A DNA stretch of 64,000 nt from Escherichia phage CMSTMSU, in sequence record MH494197.1. One strand, written 5' to 3'. Under the pieces are notes generated by a model that did no database searches, was not told the DNA's origin, and was given only the letters and a program-made list of their open reading frames with translations. A program made the position numbers and the translations under genes. Positions 35,412 to 54,990 of the stretch are shown here, in pieces. Position 1 is the stretch's first letter. Every line of letters starts with the position of its first letter.

Positions 35412-36362
35412 TACATGTTCCCCGAACAGATTAGGTCAATCTCACACAGTAATGCACTGAGATTCATTTCACGGTCAGACACAGTAGCTTGTTTAACAAC
35501 AGCGTCACGAATCTTAACCTTAATTTTCATTAGAGTAATTTCATCAGTACTGAACATTTCTGCATTACGATACAGATAAGAGAAGAATGCATCCATCTCA
35601 TCATCAGGAATGTTTTGCACGATCTGCTCACGCATTTGACGAATGTTACCAGCTTTTAGTGCATCAACAATGGCAGTACGATACCCAGCAGAGTTCTCAA
35701 TACTGTCTTCAAGTTTTACAAGTTTACCATCGACTACTGAACTTTGCAATACGTTTAGCGTTTTGCGGAAATCAGGATATGAAGCATTGATGTATTTTTG
35801 TACTTGTTCAATACTTTCATCAGTACTTAGATCTACTCCTTCTGCCAATAGTACGTTGTAGATGCGTGACATGAATTGTTCCATATCATGCTTCTCAATG
35901 GTGATGACCTGAACACGAGAGATAATAGGTTTCTGAATCTTATGTGGTTCATTACTGGTAAGAATGAAACGAGCATTTTCATGGTAATCTTCCATGACAC
36001 GTTTCAAGCTACCCTGTGCTTTGTGGTTCATTTGTTCCATTTCTTCCAGAACAAATACACGATAACGACCAAAACATGATAGTTTTGCTGCTGCGTCAAT
36101 TTTATCACGAACAGCATCGATACCTTCATCTGACATATTCAGTGTTGTTACATCACTAGGGTCAAGGTGTCCGTTAGCTTCCAGACCATTCAGTAGTACT
36201 TTGATTGCTGAAGTTTTACCTGTCCCTGCTGGTCCAAAAATCCAATATGTGGATATCACCAGTACGAATCCATTCTTCCATCTTCTGACGTAGGGCTTCG
36301 TTCTTAGATACATAATCTTCCATAGTTTGTGGGCGGTATTTTTCAGTCCATAATGTAGTCAT
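35411..36362 (-). CDS. 44: clamp-loader large subunit gp44-like AAA+ ATPase; one N-terminal frameshift
   Basis: Start MTTLWTEKYRPQTMEDYV then frame break at T5 run near 36245; Walker A GPAGTGKTS, Walker B VLEEMEQ, SRV sensor motif. Confidence 0.8.
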
Positions 36363-36441
36363 GTTTTATTTCCTTGTATATTAGGTGTTTATGAAATCCA
36401 ATCTGCATAATCATACAACAATGCAGTGAATAAGTCTTCTG

Positions 36442-36654
36442 TCATTTCAAGTTGATTAAACAAAAATTAAATGAGTTTGCTTTGTTCTTCACACCCATTG
36501 CTTCGGCCGGCTGATACGATAAGTAAGTACTTAAACATATCATGAGAAACTTCATATACGTACTTCGTGTTAGTTCTATCTTCAAACATAAATCGTCCAT
36601 TTTAGAAACTAACGTAACGTCAGAAAAACTATATTTTCCATCATCAGTTATCAT
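36442..36654 (-). CDS. hypothetical protein (70 aa)
   Basis: ORF from track. Confidence 0.35.
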   Translation of the reverse strand: MITDDGKYSFSDVTLVSKMDDLCLKIELTRSTYMKFLMICLSTYLSYQPAEAMGVKNKANSFNFCLINLK

Positions 36655-36709
36655 GTATTTTCATCCAAATAAAAGCCCAGATAATATATCCGAGCTTTAG
36701 ATTTATGTT

Positions 36710-37036
36710 TTAACGACCAAATGTTTGAGCAGAGATGCGTGGATCAGTGTCAGATACCAAACTTACTGCTGCTGGATAATCCACAAGATTCATTTTAATA
36801 CCATCAATCTCAATAGTTCTCGACCAACGACCGTGGTCAATTAGAATCCATTGTCCTTCTTTGATATCGGTAATGTCTTCACCAACAGAATATACTTTAG
36901 CCCAACGACAACGAATACCACGTATCTTACCATCATCACTTGTCAGTACAATTCCACCTGCGGTTTTACGCTCACCATGTTCTAGCTCAGTTACAATAAC
37001 TTTACCTTTACAAGCTGTCATTACTTTATTGGTCAT
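36710..37036 (-). CDS. co-chaperonin GroES-like (gp31-like)
   Basis: GKVIVTELEHGERKTAGGIVL matches GroES mobile-loop region; 108 aa. Confidence 0.5.
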   Translation of the reverse strand: MTNKVMTACKGKVIVTELEHGERKTAGGIVLTSDDGKIRGIRCRWAKVYSVGEDITDIKEGQWILIDHGRWSRTIEIDGIKMNLVDYPAAVSLVSDTDPRISAQTFGR

Positions 37037-37039
37037 GAA

Positions 37040-37384
37040 TTACTCCTGATCTTTAGTTTTTGCTCGGCGTGGAGCTTTCTTCTCTTCAGATACTTCAACT
37101 TCTGGTTCTTGTGGTTGAACTTCAAAGCTTTCATCATCCCATACTTCTTCAGTACTATATTCAGCACTGTGAAGTTGGTGTTCAGGAATGAAATCAGGAA
37201 TTTGCATTTCACGTTCTTTTTCTTGGATTAGTTCTTCACGGGTTTTAATGACCGTACCACCTGAACTAATCTTATCACCACGAGCATTTAGGTTTGCATT
37301 ACCTAGTGCTACTTGGTGCTGGTTTTGATACTTTAGCATATCCATATCAATGGTGGTTCCACGATAAGTTGTGTGTTTTGACAT
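37040..37384 (-). CDS. hypothetical protein with acidic C-terminal tail (114 aa)
   Basis: ORF from track. Confidence 0.45.
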   Translation of the reverse strand: MSKHTTYRGTTIDMDMLKYQNQHQVALGNANLNARGDKISSGGTVIKTREELIQEKEREMQIPDFIPEHQLHSAEYSTEEVWDDESFEVQPQEPEVEVSEEKKAPRRAKTKDQE

Positions 37385-38004
37385 ATAAAAATCCTTTTTC
37401 TATGTGAGTGATATAACGCCTCAAACAACATTATATCACATGTTTTTCTACCATTTCAAAAATTCATTTACATCTAGTTTATACTTCAAAGAATCAACCA
37501 TATGCAAATCAATCAGGAACAAACAATACGAAGCCACTGAACTACCACGCCCAAGACCCCAAAAATATTGTGCTCTTCCATATAATCAACTAACCAGATC
37601 ATACATCTTAAAAGCTTAGTCATGTTGTAATGTTCAAACAAATCAATCTCATACATTACACGTTCACGGGCTTCATCCGATGTACATTTCTGTAAAAGTA
37701 CTCACGCAAGTTGATGTTATCGTACACTGGATCATAACGCCATAGCTCATGGTTTTATCATGTTCTATTGTATAATCCAGCATACGCTGTTCTAAACCAA
37801 ATTTTTACAATTATCGTTAAATTTCAATCGTTCCGGTTCATCAATCTCCTGTAGCTGTAAGTACTGAATATCTGCACCACAGTTGATTGCATACACGACT
37901 GCATTAAGGTTACATTTTACATCACCATTGGGACTTATAAATCTGTTTCCTTGTACTTTCATTTTTCTTCTTCTGATCCTCTTCGTTATCCGTTAAGTAA
38001 GAGT

Positions 38005-38202
38005 TCATGTCAAATATACATGGGTCTTGTTCATCATAGGAGGTTTTTCTTTTTGTCCCTGACGAATCTCTAATTCAGCATAGCACTGATTCAGAACGGT
38101 TTGCATGTTACCAACAATCATATCACTCATACCTGCTGCACGAGCAGACGTAATACGCATCGATTGTTCGTTAATTTTCAATTGTAACTCTTTCTCGGTC
38201 AT
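38005..38202 (-). CDS. hypothetical protein (65 aa)
   Basis: ORF from track. Confidence 0.4.
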   Translation of the reverse strand: MTEKELQLKINEQSMRITSARAAGMSDMIVGNMQTVLNQCYAELEIRQGQKEKPPMMNKTHVYLT

Positions 38203-38232
38203 GGTTGATGGATCAAAAATGGATTGAACATA

Positions 38233-38457
38233 TCATCCTCCTAAATTGCTGTTTTGTAATGAAATCAAAAATGTATCATGAACGTAGTTTTCGAATTCAT
38301 GTGCAAAGAATCCAAACTCAACTCCTGTGATTTCAAACTCAACACCAACCATCTTACCATGTTCATTGTTCTGAAGTAAAGTGTTAAAGAATGCTTCGCC
38401 CTTTCCGTGCACAATATGCAACTGGAATGATTGGCATAAATTTCTTTTCAACTCCAT
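38233..38457 (-). CDS. hypothetical protein (74 aa)
   Basis: ORF from track. Confidence 0.4.
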   Translation of the reverse strand: MELKRNLCQSFQLHIVHGKGEAFFNTLLQNNEHGKMVGVEFEITGVEFGFFAHEFENYVHDTFLISLQNSNLGG

Positions 38458-38507
38458 TTTCTTCGTATGGGTGATTCATGAAGCGAGGAACAGTGTCAAG
38501 CATCTCA

Positions 38508-38786
38508 TCAGAAATTCCGTATAGCATCTACATACAAACCACGGTTCTGTAAATCAGTTGGGTCTTTCACAAGGTTAGTTGTGTCTTCGCCAATTGCTGC
38601 AAAAATATTTTGACGCAAGCCAAATATTTCACCGAGTGTTCCGTTATCAATTTGCGTGTAACTTCTTGGATTCTTAGAAACTGACACCAATGAACCTGCT
38701 GGTAAAACTTCACGGTATAATATATCATACTGCAAGTTACCTTGGTTGTCAAGTGCTGACATTACTTTATAGTTTCCCATTACCAT
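38508..38786 (-). CDS. hypothetical protein (92 aa)
   Basis: ORF from track. Confidence 0.4.
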   Translation of the reverse strand: MVMGNYKVMSALDNQGNLQYDILYREVLPAGSLVSVSKNPRSYTQIDNGTLGEIFGLRQNIFAAIGEDTTNLVKDPTDLQNRGLYVDAIRNF

Positions 38787-39161
38787 TCTAAATTTTCCAT
38801 CAGGTATAGTTGCACCAGTTTGGTTTATGATATTTTCCCTAAGTACTTTTTAATATCACTCAACGTAGTGTAAGTATAGTTCTGACTCAAAAGTTTTCTT
38901 TTAATAAAATACGTGGTACTTTTTGTAACCCGTATCTATCATCTGATTGACGATGGAAAGCTTGATTTGTAAATGATGGTGTACTAATACACTTAAACCA
39001 TTCACGTTCAAAATAAACAGAAGGTACAATATGTGCACTTAAGTAGTTTTGTCCAAAACCACGTACAATTTTAAGTTTAAATAACTTGGACGCAACACCA
39101 CCTTCAGTGTCATATGCTTTGATGTTGAATTCTAAATTTATATCATCATTTGCACTGAAAT

Positions 39162-40638
39162 CTAAACTTTTGCATATGCCGTCCCGACCAAGAACCCATC
39201 TGCGGTGAGGTCCAAACCATATTTGCGAATATCATCAGGTCCACCATCTAATACATAAGATACCTGATTAGTACTGGTAGTTTGTATTTGTGGATAAGTA
39301 CTGTGACCGAAATATTCACCCACATGAATACTACCTAAATCACTATCAGTTGTGAAGTCTATTGAGTTTCCTTCTTCTGCGTTCACTAGAACACGGAACA
39401 TCTTCTCTTCACCTATAATATTCTCACCTAAGCTTGAATCATAATATCCTAAATCAATCCAATCTGAACTTTTAAACACTGGCTTTGTTTCACCTAGATC
39501 ATATTCACCAGAGATTACATATGGATATACAACGTTATCTTTCAACTGATACAAATGATTAGGTAAAGGTTTATCACCATCAGCGTATATACCATCTACA
39601 TTGTCTGGACATACCCACATTTGATATGCTTTGAAACGTTGGTTTATAGCGAAGCGGTCAGTGTCATAACTATATGTACTCAAAATATCAACAATTTCAA
39701 CTTTGAAATATGCATCACATGCATCAGAGTCATATAGGAATGTTTGCAGAAATTGTCCATTTGGGTTGAAAACCAATCCTGAATCTAGTAACTCCCCAGA
39801 GCTAGTTTGAATATTAACCTTAATTTCTTTATTAATACCAAATACAGGCCATATATTATCAATAGGACGTAGGATTGCATAATCATCAGTAATGTGGCGA
39901 GCAGGAACTTCTGCTGGGGTCATATCGAGTAGACGATACGCTGGATAAAATACTCTAGGAGATAGGTCTGTTGATGTATCAGTTCCTAAAATAAATGGAC
40001 GACGGCGACCAAATCCCTGTACAAATAAAGTACTGTTGGAACCGTATTCAATATCGCCAATACAATATAATTTGTCATCATCACCGATTTCGATTCCGGA
40101 GTAACCCACACTTCCTGACTATCATATTCAATTGTTACTTCATTTGAACCAATTTCACCACTAGGGAAATGTTACCATAGTACATAACATTTACTGCTTG
40201 AAGATAAAAGTTAATCTGTTCAGAGTTGTTAAATGTACCATCATCTTTACAATGCAATTTAATAAAATAAACATCTTCGGTATTAGTGCTTGCCGATAGA
40301 TCAAATTGAGTTTTATCAATTTTACATTTGTGCTTACCATTAATCAACTTGTTACCAGTAATACCTGATGATATAGGTGTGAGATTAGATTCATCATTTC
40401 CAACATACACTGCGTAGTGATCTTCTGGTTGAAATACTGCATCAGAACTGTCCAAACCCTGAATAGTTAGAATCATCTCTAAGTATTCGTTTTCATTAAG
40501 TATATAACTATCATCCGTTGTGGTTTCTTTGTTGATACTCAAACGCACAAGAATGTCTTGTCCTTCTTGTATATATCGAGCATCGGCTTTTATATCCCAT
40601 CTAGGGTAAAAGTTGTCATTATAATTCTCCATAGCCAA
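39162..40638 (-). CDS. large hypothetical protein (about 490 aa, frame-interrupted)
   Basis: Fragments 40135-40638 and 39162-40109 collinear; may continue to about 38800. Confidence 0.45.
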
Positions 40639-40649
40639 GCTACCATTAT

Positions 40650-42119
40650 CTATAGATTATTTATATAAAGGACAAGGAAGACCCACAAAGGTCTTCCCTG
40701 TTTATAATCAATCTTCAGTTTTGGCGTGAAGTCAATCTTACGTAGTTCTTTCAACTCATCTTTATAGATGTTCCAAATCAAATCATGATTCGACAGGAGA
40801 TTGTTATATTCATCCATTAAATCCAAGTTATGTTGAATATCAGCTAGTACTGATTGATAATTGTCTTGGGTCCAACGATATGATGGGAAGTTTACGATGC
40901 TTTGAATATTCTCATCGGTTGCTTCGATTTCAGTGTTTAATGATTTAACAAACTCAACCATTTCTGAACGGTTAGCAAAACCCTTAACCTTAGCAATCAT
41001 ATCATTATCAAAACATTCTTTGATTAGAATCTTATAACGTACTTCAGCAGCACAATCATCAAGTTTCTTCTCATAGCGTTTCACATAGTATTTGAAACGG
41101 AATTCAACAAAGTCCTTAATCAAATCCATTGTGTTATCATAGACTTTAACCTTACCATTCTCACCTAGAACAGTTAGGATTTGTGTCATCTTCTTATGAA
41201 TGCCAAAGTATTCAATTACATCTTTCTCCACCCATTTAGCAGATGTTCCGCGTGGTAATTTGATTGTAATATCAATAACATCAGTACTATCATTATCATA
41301 ATCACGAATATCACCATCATCGCTCATCTTAATGAGTTTCTCGATGAATTTCTCAATACTGTAGTTAGGTGGTAGACCTGTTACTTTAACAGTACTGGCA
41401 TCAATTACTTGTGCTTTACCATAGAACTCATATTTGTTTTCATCAAGCTTAGTTACGATATCACTTGCACCACATGAAACATAGTATGGAGTCATTTCTT
41501 TTAATGGTTTTTATCAATAGCACGAATACAGTTATCAATAACATCTTCAATCTTATGTGGTAGAATTGTACTCTTATAACCTACTGACATACTATCGTTA
41601 CCAAACAAAGATAGTGGGATAATAGGTAAAAAGAAACTTGGTTCCATTGTAGTACCATCATAGTTCTCTTTCATTGGAATAATGTCAGAGTCACGCAGTA
41701 CTAACATTTCAGTACTTTTATTCTTTTAACATAAGTATAACGAGCAGAAGCTGGAGTACTGTTTACTTGTGTACCAAAACCACCACGTTTACCAATGAGT
41801 GGGTAGTTGTTTACTACTGGTGATGCTAGGTTCTGGAGAGTTCCAGATGCAGATGTATCACCGTGTAGATAGATACCATCACTAATCATTTTACCAGCAC
41901 ATGATACAGTTTTGATTTCACCACTAACTTTTGAGAGGGTGAAGATTGCTTTACGTTGTGAACTCTTAAGGCCATCAATCCCGGGATTGCACGGTCTAGT
42001 GTGTACATTGAATATTCTAGTGATGTGGTATTCACATAATCAGAACTGTTATAATCTAGTAGAGTTAGTGTTTGGTTATCGATGCTTTGATTTTCGGTTT
42101 TTACTTTTAGCCATTCCAT
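40650..42119 (-). CDS. 52: DNA topoisomerase II medium subunit gp52 (GyrA-like); at least 3 frameshifts
   Basis: Four fragments; LEYSMYTLDRAIPGL, ASARYTYV, FFLPIIPLSLFGNDSMSVGYKSTILPH and GKVKVYDNTMDLIKDFVEFR match recalled T4 gp52; hairpin at 40676-40703 may mark true 3-prime end. Confidence 0.8.
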
Positions 42120-42162
42120 TGTCTCTTTGTAAAGGGAACACCATGTTCCCCATTAATCTATA

Positions 42163-44122
42163 TTATTCCATCCAGTTCTTACGATCATCAGCACGTTTCT
42201 TGTTGAAAATCAAATCAAGAGTTTCACCAAGGCGACCATCATCTGTAATCGCTACTGCAACACTGTTAGTGAATGCATCACGGAAGTTTGCTTTTTCTAA
42301 CGTACCCAATCCTTTCGCACGGGTTGCTTTCCAACCTTTCCAATCATCTGGGTTGTATTCATGTACATCATGACCATAGTAGTACTTGGATTCCTTACCT
42401 TTCTCTAGAATGATGAATGGTGTTTTGAATATATACACAAATGGATTCTCTGGGTCTTGGAATAGTTCAGGCCAGAATTTGTATAGGAAGTTACATACTA
42501 AAGCACCAATGTTCTTTCCATCCTCATCTTCGTCGGCACAGATATAAAGCTTACCATAGTTAAGGTCTGCTCTTTCCGCTTTTACACGGAATCAGGTTGA
42601 TACTCGCCATTATATCATGCAATGCCATTGAATCCATTAATTCTTTGGTTTTCTCATTACCACTGACGTTCATAATTTTACCACGCAATGGTAGAATACC
42701 ATGAACTTTAGGATCACGAGCACTCGCCATGTTGGAAATAGCAGAATCACCCTCAGCAATTAGTAGGATGCATTTGGAACGATCCGTACCTGTACTGTCC
42801 AATAGTTTTGCAACTTTACCTTTCAGTAGTTTTTAGCTAGACGGCGATCTTCTTCTGCATCTTTCTTGTTGGTACGAGCAGCACAGCGTTCAAAAATTTC
42901 ATCAATCCACTCTTTGTTCTTCTTGACTAATTCATCGAACCATTCAGAATTCATCGCTTGTTGAATTGGACGAATAACGTTTTCGTTGGTTAGTTTTGAT
43001 TTAATCTGTGAGTTGAATGATGGTGCTTTCATCGTTGTTACGTTATAAATCAACAGACCTTCTTCAATATCAGAGCGGTTAGGTTTCATCTTGCGTTTCT
43101 TTGATTCTTTCTCTAGAGCAGTTCCTACTCCTAATGAGAAGAATTTCTTGAATGTATCAAGATGTGTACCACCATCAAATGCTGGGGCATTGTTAACCAA
43201 ACCATGCATATGGAAGTTATTGTTCATACCCGATACTGCATTAGGAACAATGTAGAAAGTACTGTTAAAGTTGAATGATTCATCTTTAACGTTCAATTGC
43301 ATCAGTTTAGATGCGTTGAATAGTGCTTTTTCGGTAGTTCCTTTAATTGCAATACGCTTACCGTTAAGGAAAATCTTATAGGTAGGGTTAGCAGCAGACA
43401 TTTCTTTCAAAATACTGTATAGCAATTCGGTTGGTAGTTTACGGTTCGGAAATACCTCAGAACTCAAAGTGAAGCGAATTGTTGTTCCAGTCTTATCTGC
43501 TTGAACCTTACGAATAGTTGGTTCATGTACATGAAGTTCAGGAAACATAATAGTTCCTTCTTCGAACTTCTGATTGAACTTATAAAACCGTCATAACCGT
43601 CATTGCTACTTTGTGTTTTATACGGGCGACCTTGGCGATGGATTTCAAGTTCAGCTTTAGAACTTACAATCATTGCAACTGAACCACCCAAACCATTCTG
43701 ACCGATTGTTTCATCACGCTTCGAATCATCAAAGTTACGACCAGTTTTAGTTTCAGTCATTACCATTGTACATAGGTTTTTCTGATACTCAGGAACATAG
43801 TCAATTGGAATACCACGTCCATTATCACTGATCTCAAAGGATAACTCTTCCTCATTGAAATCAACTTTGAGTACTGGCTCTTTTGTACCAGCTTTTTAAA
43901 TTCATCTAAGCTGTTATCGATAATTTCACGAGTAGCAGTTAGAATTGCAGGAACCCACTCAACGTTTTTAACTTCATATCCAGACTCACCAAAGATCAGT
44001 ACTTGACTTTCGTGAACAGAACGTGAACCCAGATACATCTCAGTACGCAAGCGAGCATGTTGATAATCGTTTAGACGTTGTACATCATGTTCCTGAAGAA
44101 CAGCACTTTCTTTCTTAGCCAT
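42163..44122 (-). CDS. 39: DNA topoisomerase II large subunit gp39 (GyrB-like ATPase/Toprim, probably fused gp39+gp60); at least 4 frameshifts
   Basis: Five collinear fragments; GHKL N-box EIIDNSLDE, Toprim LIAEGDSA and PLRGKIMNV; start MAKKESAVLQ with AAAGGA Shine-Dalgarno. Confidence 0.85.
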
Positions 44123-44182
44123 TTGAATTCCTTTTAATGTCTCTTTGTCATGCAACATTGTATCATCAATGCTTTGTTTGTC

Positions 44183-44212
44183 TCAAAAATATCGGGACAT
44201 TAAATGCCCCGA
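44183..44212 (-). terminator. rho-independent terminator
   Basis: Hairpin tcgggaca-ttaaa-tgccccga followed on minus RNA by UUUUUGAG. Confidence 0.5.
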
Positions 44213-44218
44213 CAATTA

Positions 44219-45010
44219 TTATTTTACCAGAAGTAATTGTAATTCAGCACTAGGACTAAATTCATCATCACTCCAGTACTTGTGAACCTTCTCTGGACTA
44301 GCCTTAGCCAGTACTTCACCACCACCAACAATGTAGACTTGGTGTGAACCAATCAAACGGGTCCAGAATTTAATTGCATCATCAGTGTGAAGACTGTCGC
44401 TTAGTACTTTAATACCATGAGCAACCATATCCATAAAGATATTATAGATGATACCTTTAGTACCAGTTTTGGAGGCCGTAGCAGCAATCTCAAACACTTG
44501 TGGTACACCTACCACCGCATCATTAGACAAATGTCCACTAACGATAGCAAGCTGTTTACCAGCCTTATCATATGCAATAAACCCAGTACCATTCTTATTC
44601 ATAAACACATCATAATCTTTGTGTTCTGCGAACTTGACCATGTTGTGCTTACCTGTCATCTCGGCAGTTTTATCAACGAACTCATCACGGTCTTGGCCTT
44701 GGAAACTATCGAAACGTTGTGGCATTTCTTCCAATTTCTCTTTATGTTCTTCTTCACATGAATCCATTATATCACTAGTTCTGTCTTCTGTATCAGCTAA
44801 TTCTGCATCTTGTACAATATCAACCAAACCACGCATACTAGATTCTTTTACCTTATTAGGGAGTTTTGAACCTTTCTTAAGATTTCCCGCTTTTCGTCGG
44901 CGGCATTCCACTCTTTAGCTGCACTTTGTGAAATCCCTGCTTTTTGGCGAATTCAGGATTATGGCAGCAGCAGCGAAGAATTTCGCTTGGCTTTTACTTT
45001 TACTTGGCAT
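44219..45010 (-). CDS. hypothetical protein (about 260 aa, N-terminal frameshifts)
   Basis: ORF 44219-44911 plus upstream MPSKSKSQAKFFAAAA segment in another frame. Confidence 0.45.
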
Positions 45011-45058
45011 TATAAACTCCTAACTCTCTTCTCATCTTAACAATTGAGATATCTTGAT

Positions 45059-45715
<657 letters not shown>

Positions 45716-45728
45716 TTATATAAAGTAC

Positions 45729-46539
<811 letters not shown>

Positions 46540-46563
46540 TTAATGATAGACTCCTGTAATTGA

Positions 46564-47147
<584 letters not shown>

Positions 47148-47176
47148 CTAATCTTGGAGTTTTAGGTTATATACTG

Positions 47177-47737
<561 letters not shown>

Positions 47738-47763
47738 TTACTTTGACAGTACAGGTTACCTTT

Positions 47764-48233
47764 TTACCCGAATTCAACTTTCTGGACATACGTTACGTTA
47801 CCCAAACGACGAACGAATGATTCCATTGCATCAACGTTGTTTTGGATAACAGTTGCGTTTGTGCCGCGACCTGTAGTTTTCATTACAATGTGTACTTGCT
47901 TACCTTCTTCTAAGAACTTACCTGCACTTTTCGCTTTAATAAGCAAATCATGCTCTTGAGTTCCGAAGTTGAATTGAATCTCTTTAGTACTAACAGTGTT
48001 TTGACGCTGTTTCTTCAAAGAGGCTTTTTCAGCCTGTTTCAATTCGTATTTGAATTTGTTCAGATCAGTGATTTTAACAGCAGGTTCATCACCTGCTCCA
48101 ATAACCACCAAATCCAGACCTTCAGTTTCTGCTAAAGCAAGTGCTTTAGAGATTGCCATGACTTCACTTTTACCTTCCGTAACTAGACGGACAGTTTTGC
48201 GGTGATTTCGTTATTGGCAATAATAGATTTCAT
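47764..48233 (-). CDS. infC: translation initiation factor IF-3 homolog; one N-terminal frameshift
   Basis: NNEITAKTVRLV, LAETEGLDLVVIGAGDEPAVKITD, NKFKYE, TKEIQFNFGTQEHD and FLEEGKQV align with recalled E. coli IF3 N- and C-domains. Confidence 0.75.
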
Positions 48234-48256
48234 GTAATAAAAGCTCCGATATGGTT

Positions 48257-48496
48257 TTAATGTTCAATTCGATAGTAATTATAGCTAAGAACTAATGTTC
48301 TGTCAAGCACTATCATTATGTTTTTAATTGCTTCACAGATTGCTTGAACTTGCACTAGATAAGTTTTAGCAAACTCTGCTTGAGTACGCACACGTGGATT
48401 TGGTGCGTCTTTGATCATAAGTTCTAAATCATAAACTACTTTATCGAAAACACCCTTGTCTTCAATAATACGATCATAAAAGGTTTTGTCAGTCAT
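48257..48496 (-). CDS. hypothetical protein (79 aa)
   Basis: ORF from track. Confidence 0.45.
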   Translation of the reverse strand: MTDKTFYDRIIEDKGVFDKVVYDLELMIKDAPNPRVRTQAEFAKTYLVQVQAICEAIKNIMIVLDRTLVLSYNYYRIEH

Positions 48497-48519
48497 GTCA
48501 AGAACTCCATGTGGTTAAA

Positions 48520-49107
48520 TTATAATTTTACGTAAGAAACTACAGCAGCATCAGTTACAGAAGGTACGTTTAAGTACACATTCTCGTACTCAATGAAATC
48601 AACAGTGGTAGTAGATAGTGCATCTTTAACACGTTGGATTGTTTTCTGTACAGAAATTTCTTGATTCTCAATTGCATTAGTACCATCACCTTTAAGTGAT
48701 TCGTTTAACAATTCTTGAATAACTTCTGCTGCTTTAGCAGTTTTAAGATCAACAGTGGTTAGTGCAGCTTGTTCTTCAACGCTTAGAGTGCTTAGGAATG
48801 GCTCGTAGCTGATATAACCCACATTGATGGTTGCACCAGTTGGAATAGTTGCTGCTGTGCGGGTAGCAAATTCAACAGTACAATACACTGGGACAGAATA
48901 AGTTGATAGTAGGCGTGTAACCTGTAGGTAACGTAGTAGTGCTACAGACTTGTCAATTGTTTGTTGGTCGGTTGGTGCAGTTGTTGGGGAAGATGAATCA
49001 TAATCTTCATACATATAATAAGGAATATTATCTAGATTTGTCCCTGCAACTTCAATTTTGAATACTTGTAGTAAATTGTTCATTGTATATTCTTCTCCAT
49101 AATACAA
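48520..49107 (-). CDS. hypothetical protein (195 aa)
   Basis: ORF from track. Confidence 0.5.
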   Translation of the reverse strand: MYYGEEYTMNNLLQVFKIEVAGTNLDNIPYYMYEDYDSSSPTTAPTDQQTIDKSVALLRYLQVTRLLSTYSVPVYCTVEFATRTAATIPTGATINVGYISYEPFLSTLSVEEQAALTTVDLKTAKAAEVIQELLNESLKGDGTNAIENQEISVQKTIQRVKDALSTTTVDFIEYENVYLNVPSVTDAAVVSYVKL

Positions 49108-49361
49108 AACACTTTTGATTATTTATTGTTAAGAATCAAAATTATTTATGTATATCATTTAGTCTATTAGAATCGTGCATTCTGACGCAACATAACATTG
49201 TAACGCGGTCGTGTCATAGCAGTGTATAGGATTCTGCATTTTGTATCGTTAGTTCCGATACGCTCAATAAAATCAGTATCAAACCAGATGTTATCGAATG
49301 TACTTCCTTGTGATTTGTGAACAGTTGTTGCATAAGGATAGTTGATAATATGTAATTTGTT

Positions 49362-50501
49362 TTAATCACATAGTAATCTTGCCACATATATGGTTTCTTT
49401 GTCAATGGGTTGATTTCTTTTTCTCAATGTTTTAACTAGTTCATCGAGTTTAGCTTCCATTGCAATTCTCGTTTCTGGTCCTACACCTAAGATGTAGCTA
49501 CCATTTGGTAAACGGAATTGCCAACAATCAATACCCATGAAACTTTCGGTTTTCACATCAGGACATTGGATGATTTGCTGAACCACATATGGACTGTTCT
49601 CAGTGATGCTTTCAAAGACAATCGGTTCACCTTTTGTGAATTCCTCTGGTACTTCAAACAATTGGCTACGAATGTAGATGTTAGCCAAGTTCACACGGTA
49701 GTTGGTGTATGCCAAGATTTTATTTTCATTAACAAAATCAAATATCTTCTTAGCTGAACCTTTGTTCTCCATAATGAATTCACGGTAAACTTCCAAGAAA
49801 AGATCTTCATCTTCAATTGGTGTAATAGTACTCAGACCATGTGTCTGGTGCATAATATCAAACGGGTTCTTGGAAGTACCTATGCACTCGCGGATTGCAG
49901 TTGCAATTGCAAGTATAGGGTTATCCAACGCTTGACGTAAAACTTCTGTTAATTCATATTGTACTGGAACATCAAAAGTAGGGGAAAGCTTAGTTTCTCC
50001 TATTGTTCCTTCTGATTCAACTGGAGGCAACTGACAGCGATCACCGATGAATAAAACCGCTCGGCGAACACGCCACAATTGATCCTGAATGTGTTGAAAC
50101 AGTTCTTCTGAAATCATACTACATTCATCGACAATTAGAATATCAACATTAGTATTACTAACTTTACTTTGTGGGTCATGCTTCAGTACTTGACGATTCT
50201 TTTCATATACTAGTTTTAAACCTAGAAATGAGTGAATAGTACTAACCTGTGCATCTTCTTTAGTTAACCCAGCATTGTTGATTAGCATATTGCGAATAAC
50301 AGAGTTTGCCTTGTGTGTTGGCGATGTTACTGCAATATTGTAATTTTACATAGTGCTTTAACAATCTCAGCAGTAGTGAATGTTTTACCTGTACCGCTGG
50401 TGCTGACAGTACTGATATAGTTTTACCTGCATAATTATAAACACGATCTACAAAATTATCAAAATTTCTTGTTGCTTATCCGTAAGCTTAATTTTACTCA
50501 T
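49362..50501 (-). CDS. dda: Dda-like SF1B DNA helicase (RecD-like); about 3 N-terminal frameshifts
   Basis: Walker A GTGKTF after frame correction, Walker B IVDECSM, SF1 motifs; start MSKIKLTDKQQEIL with GAGGGAA Shine-Dalgarno. Confidence 0.75.
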
Positions 50502-50526
50502 CGTTCCCTCGACTGATTATTACACT

Positions 50527-51819
<1,293 letters not shown>

Positions 51820-51841
51820 TTATTACTTTAACTCCATATAA

Positions 51842-53338
<1,497 letters not shown>

Positions 53339-53340
53339 AA

Positions 53341-54395
<1,055 letters not shown>

Positions 54396-54522
54396 TTAAG
54401 TGTTCGATTGGTTCTTTTCACATTCGACTTAGGAAAATTCTCATTAATTTTAGACAATATATACTGCATCATCAATACCTCAATTATTTGCGGTTTGCTT
54501 TTTAGACTTATTAGCCATTTTA

Positions 54523-54741
<219 letters not shown>

Positions 54742-54990
54742 TCATTATAGCACAGTTCTGGTGTTTGTCCTAAATTTTATTCGGTTGGTACAAACATGAC
54801 AATGTGTGCCTGAACAACTCTAGTACCATCTACCAGCACAAGACCATTTGGACAAACATCAGATACTGCACCAGTCACCTTAAATCCACCAGTTAGGTAG
54901 AAGTCATAGATAACATTACGCTCAATTGTAAAAATATCACTCATATAAATTCCATAAGAAAGGGATTCATAGAATCCTGTTAGTTTTATT

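Noticed and set aside
35411-36362. Programmed ribosomal frameshifting or translational bypassing as the explanation for split genes
   Set aside because: Interruptions are spread across nearly all genes at many positions, without slippery heptamers or downstream structures; indel error is the simpler explanation.
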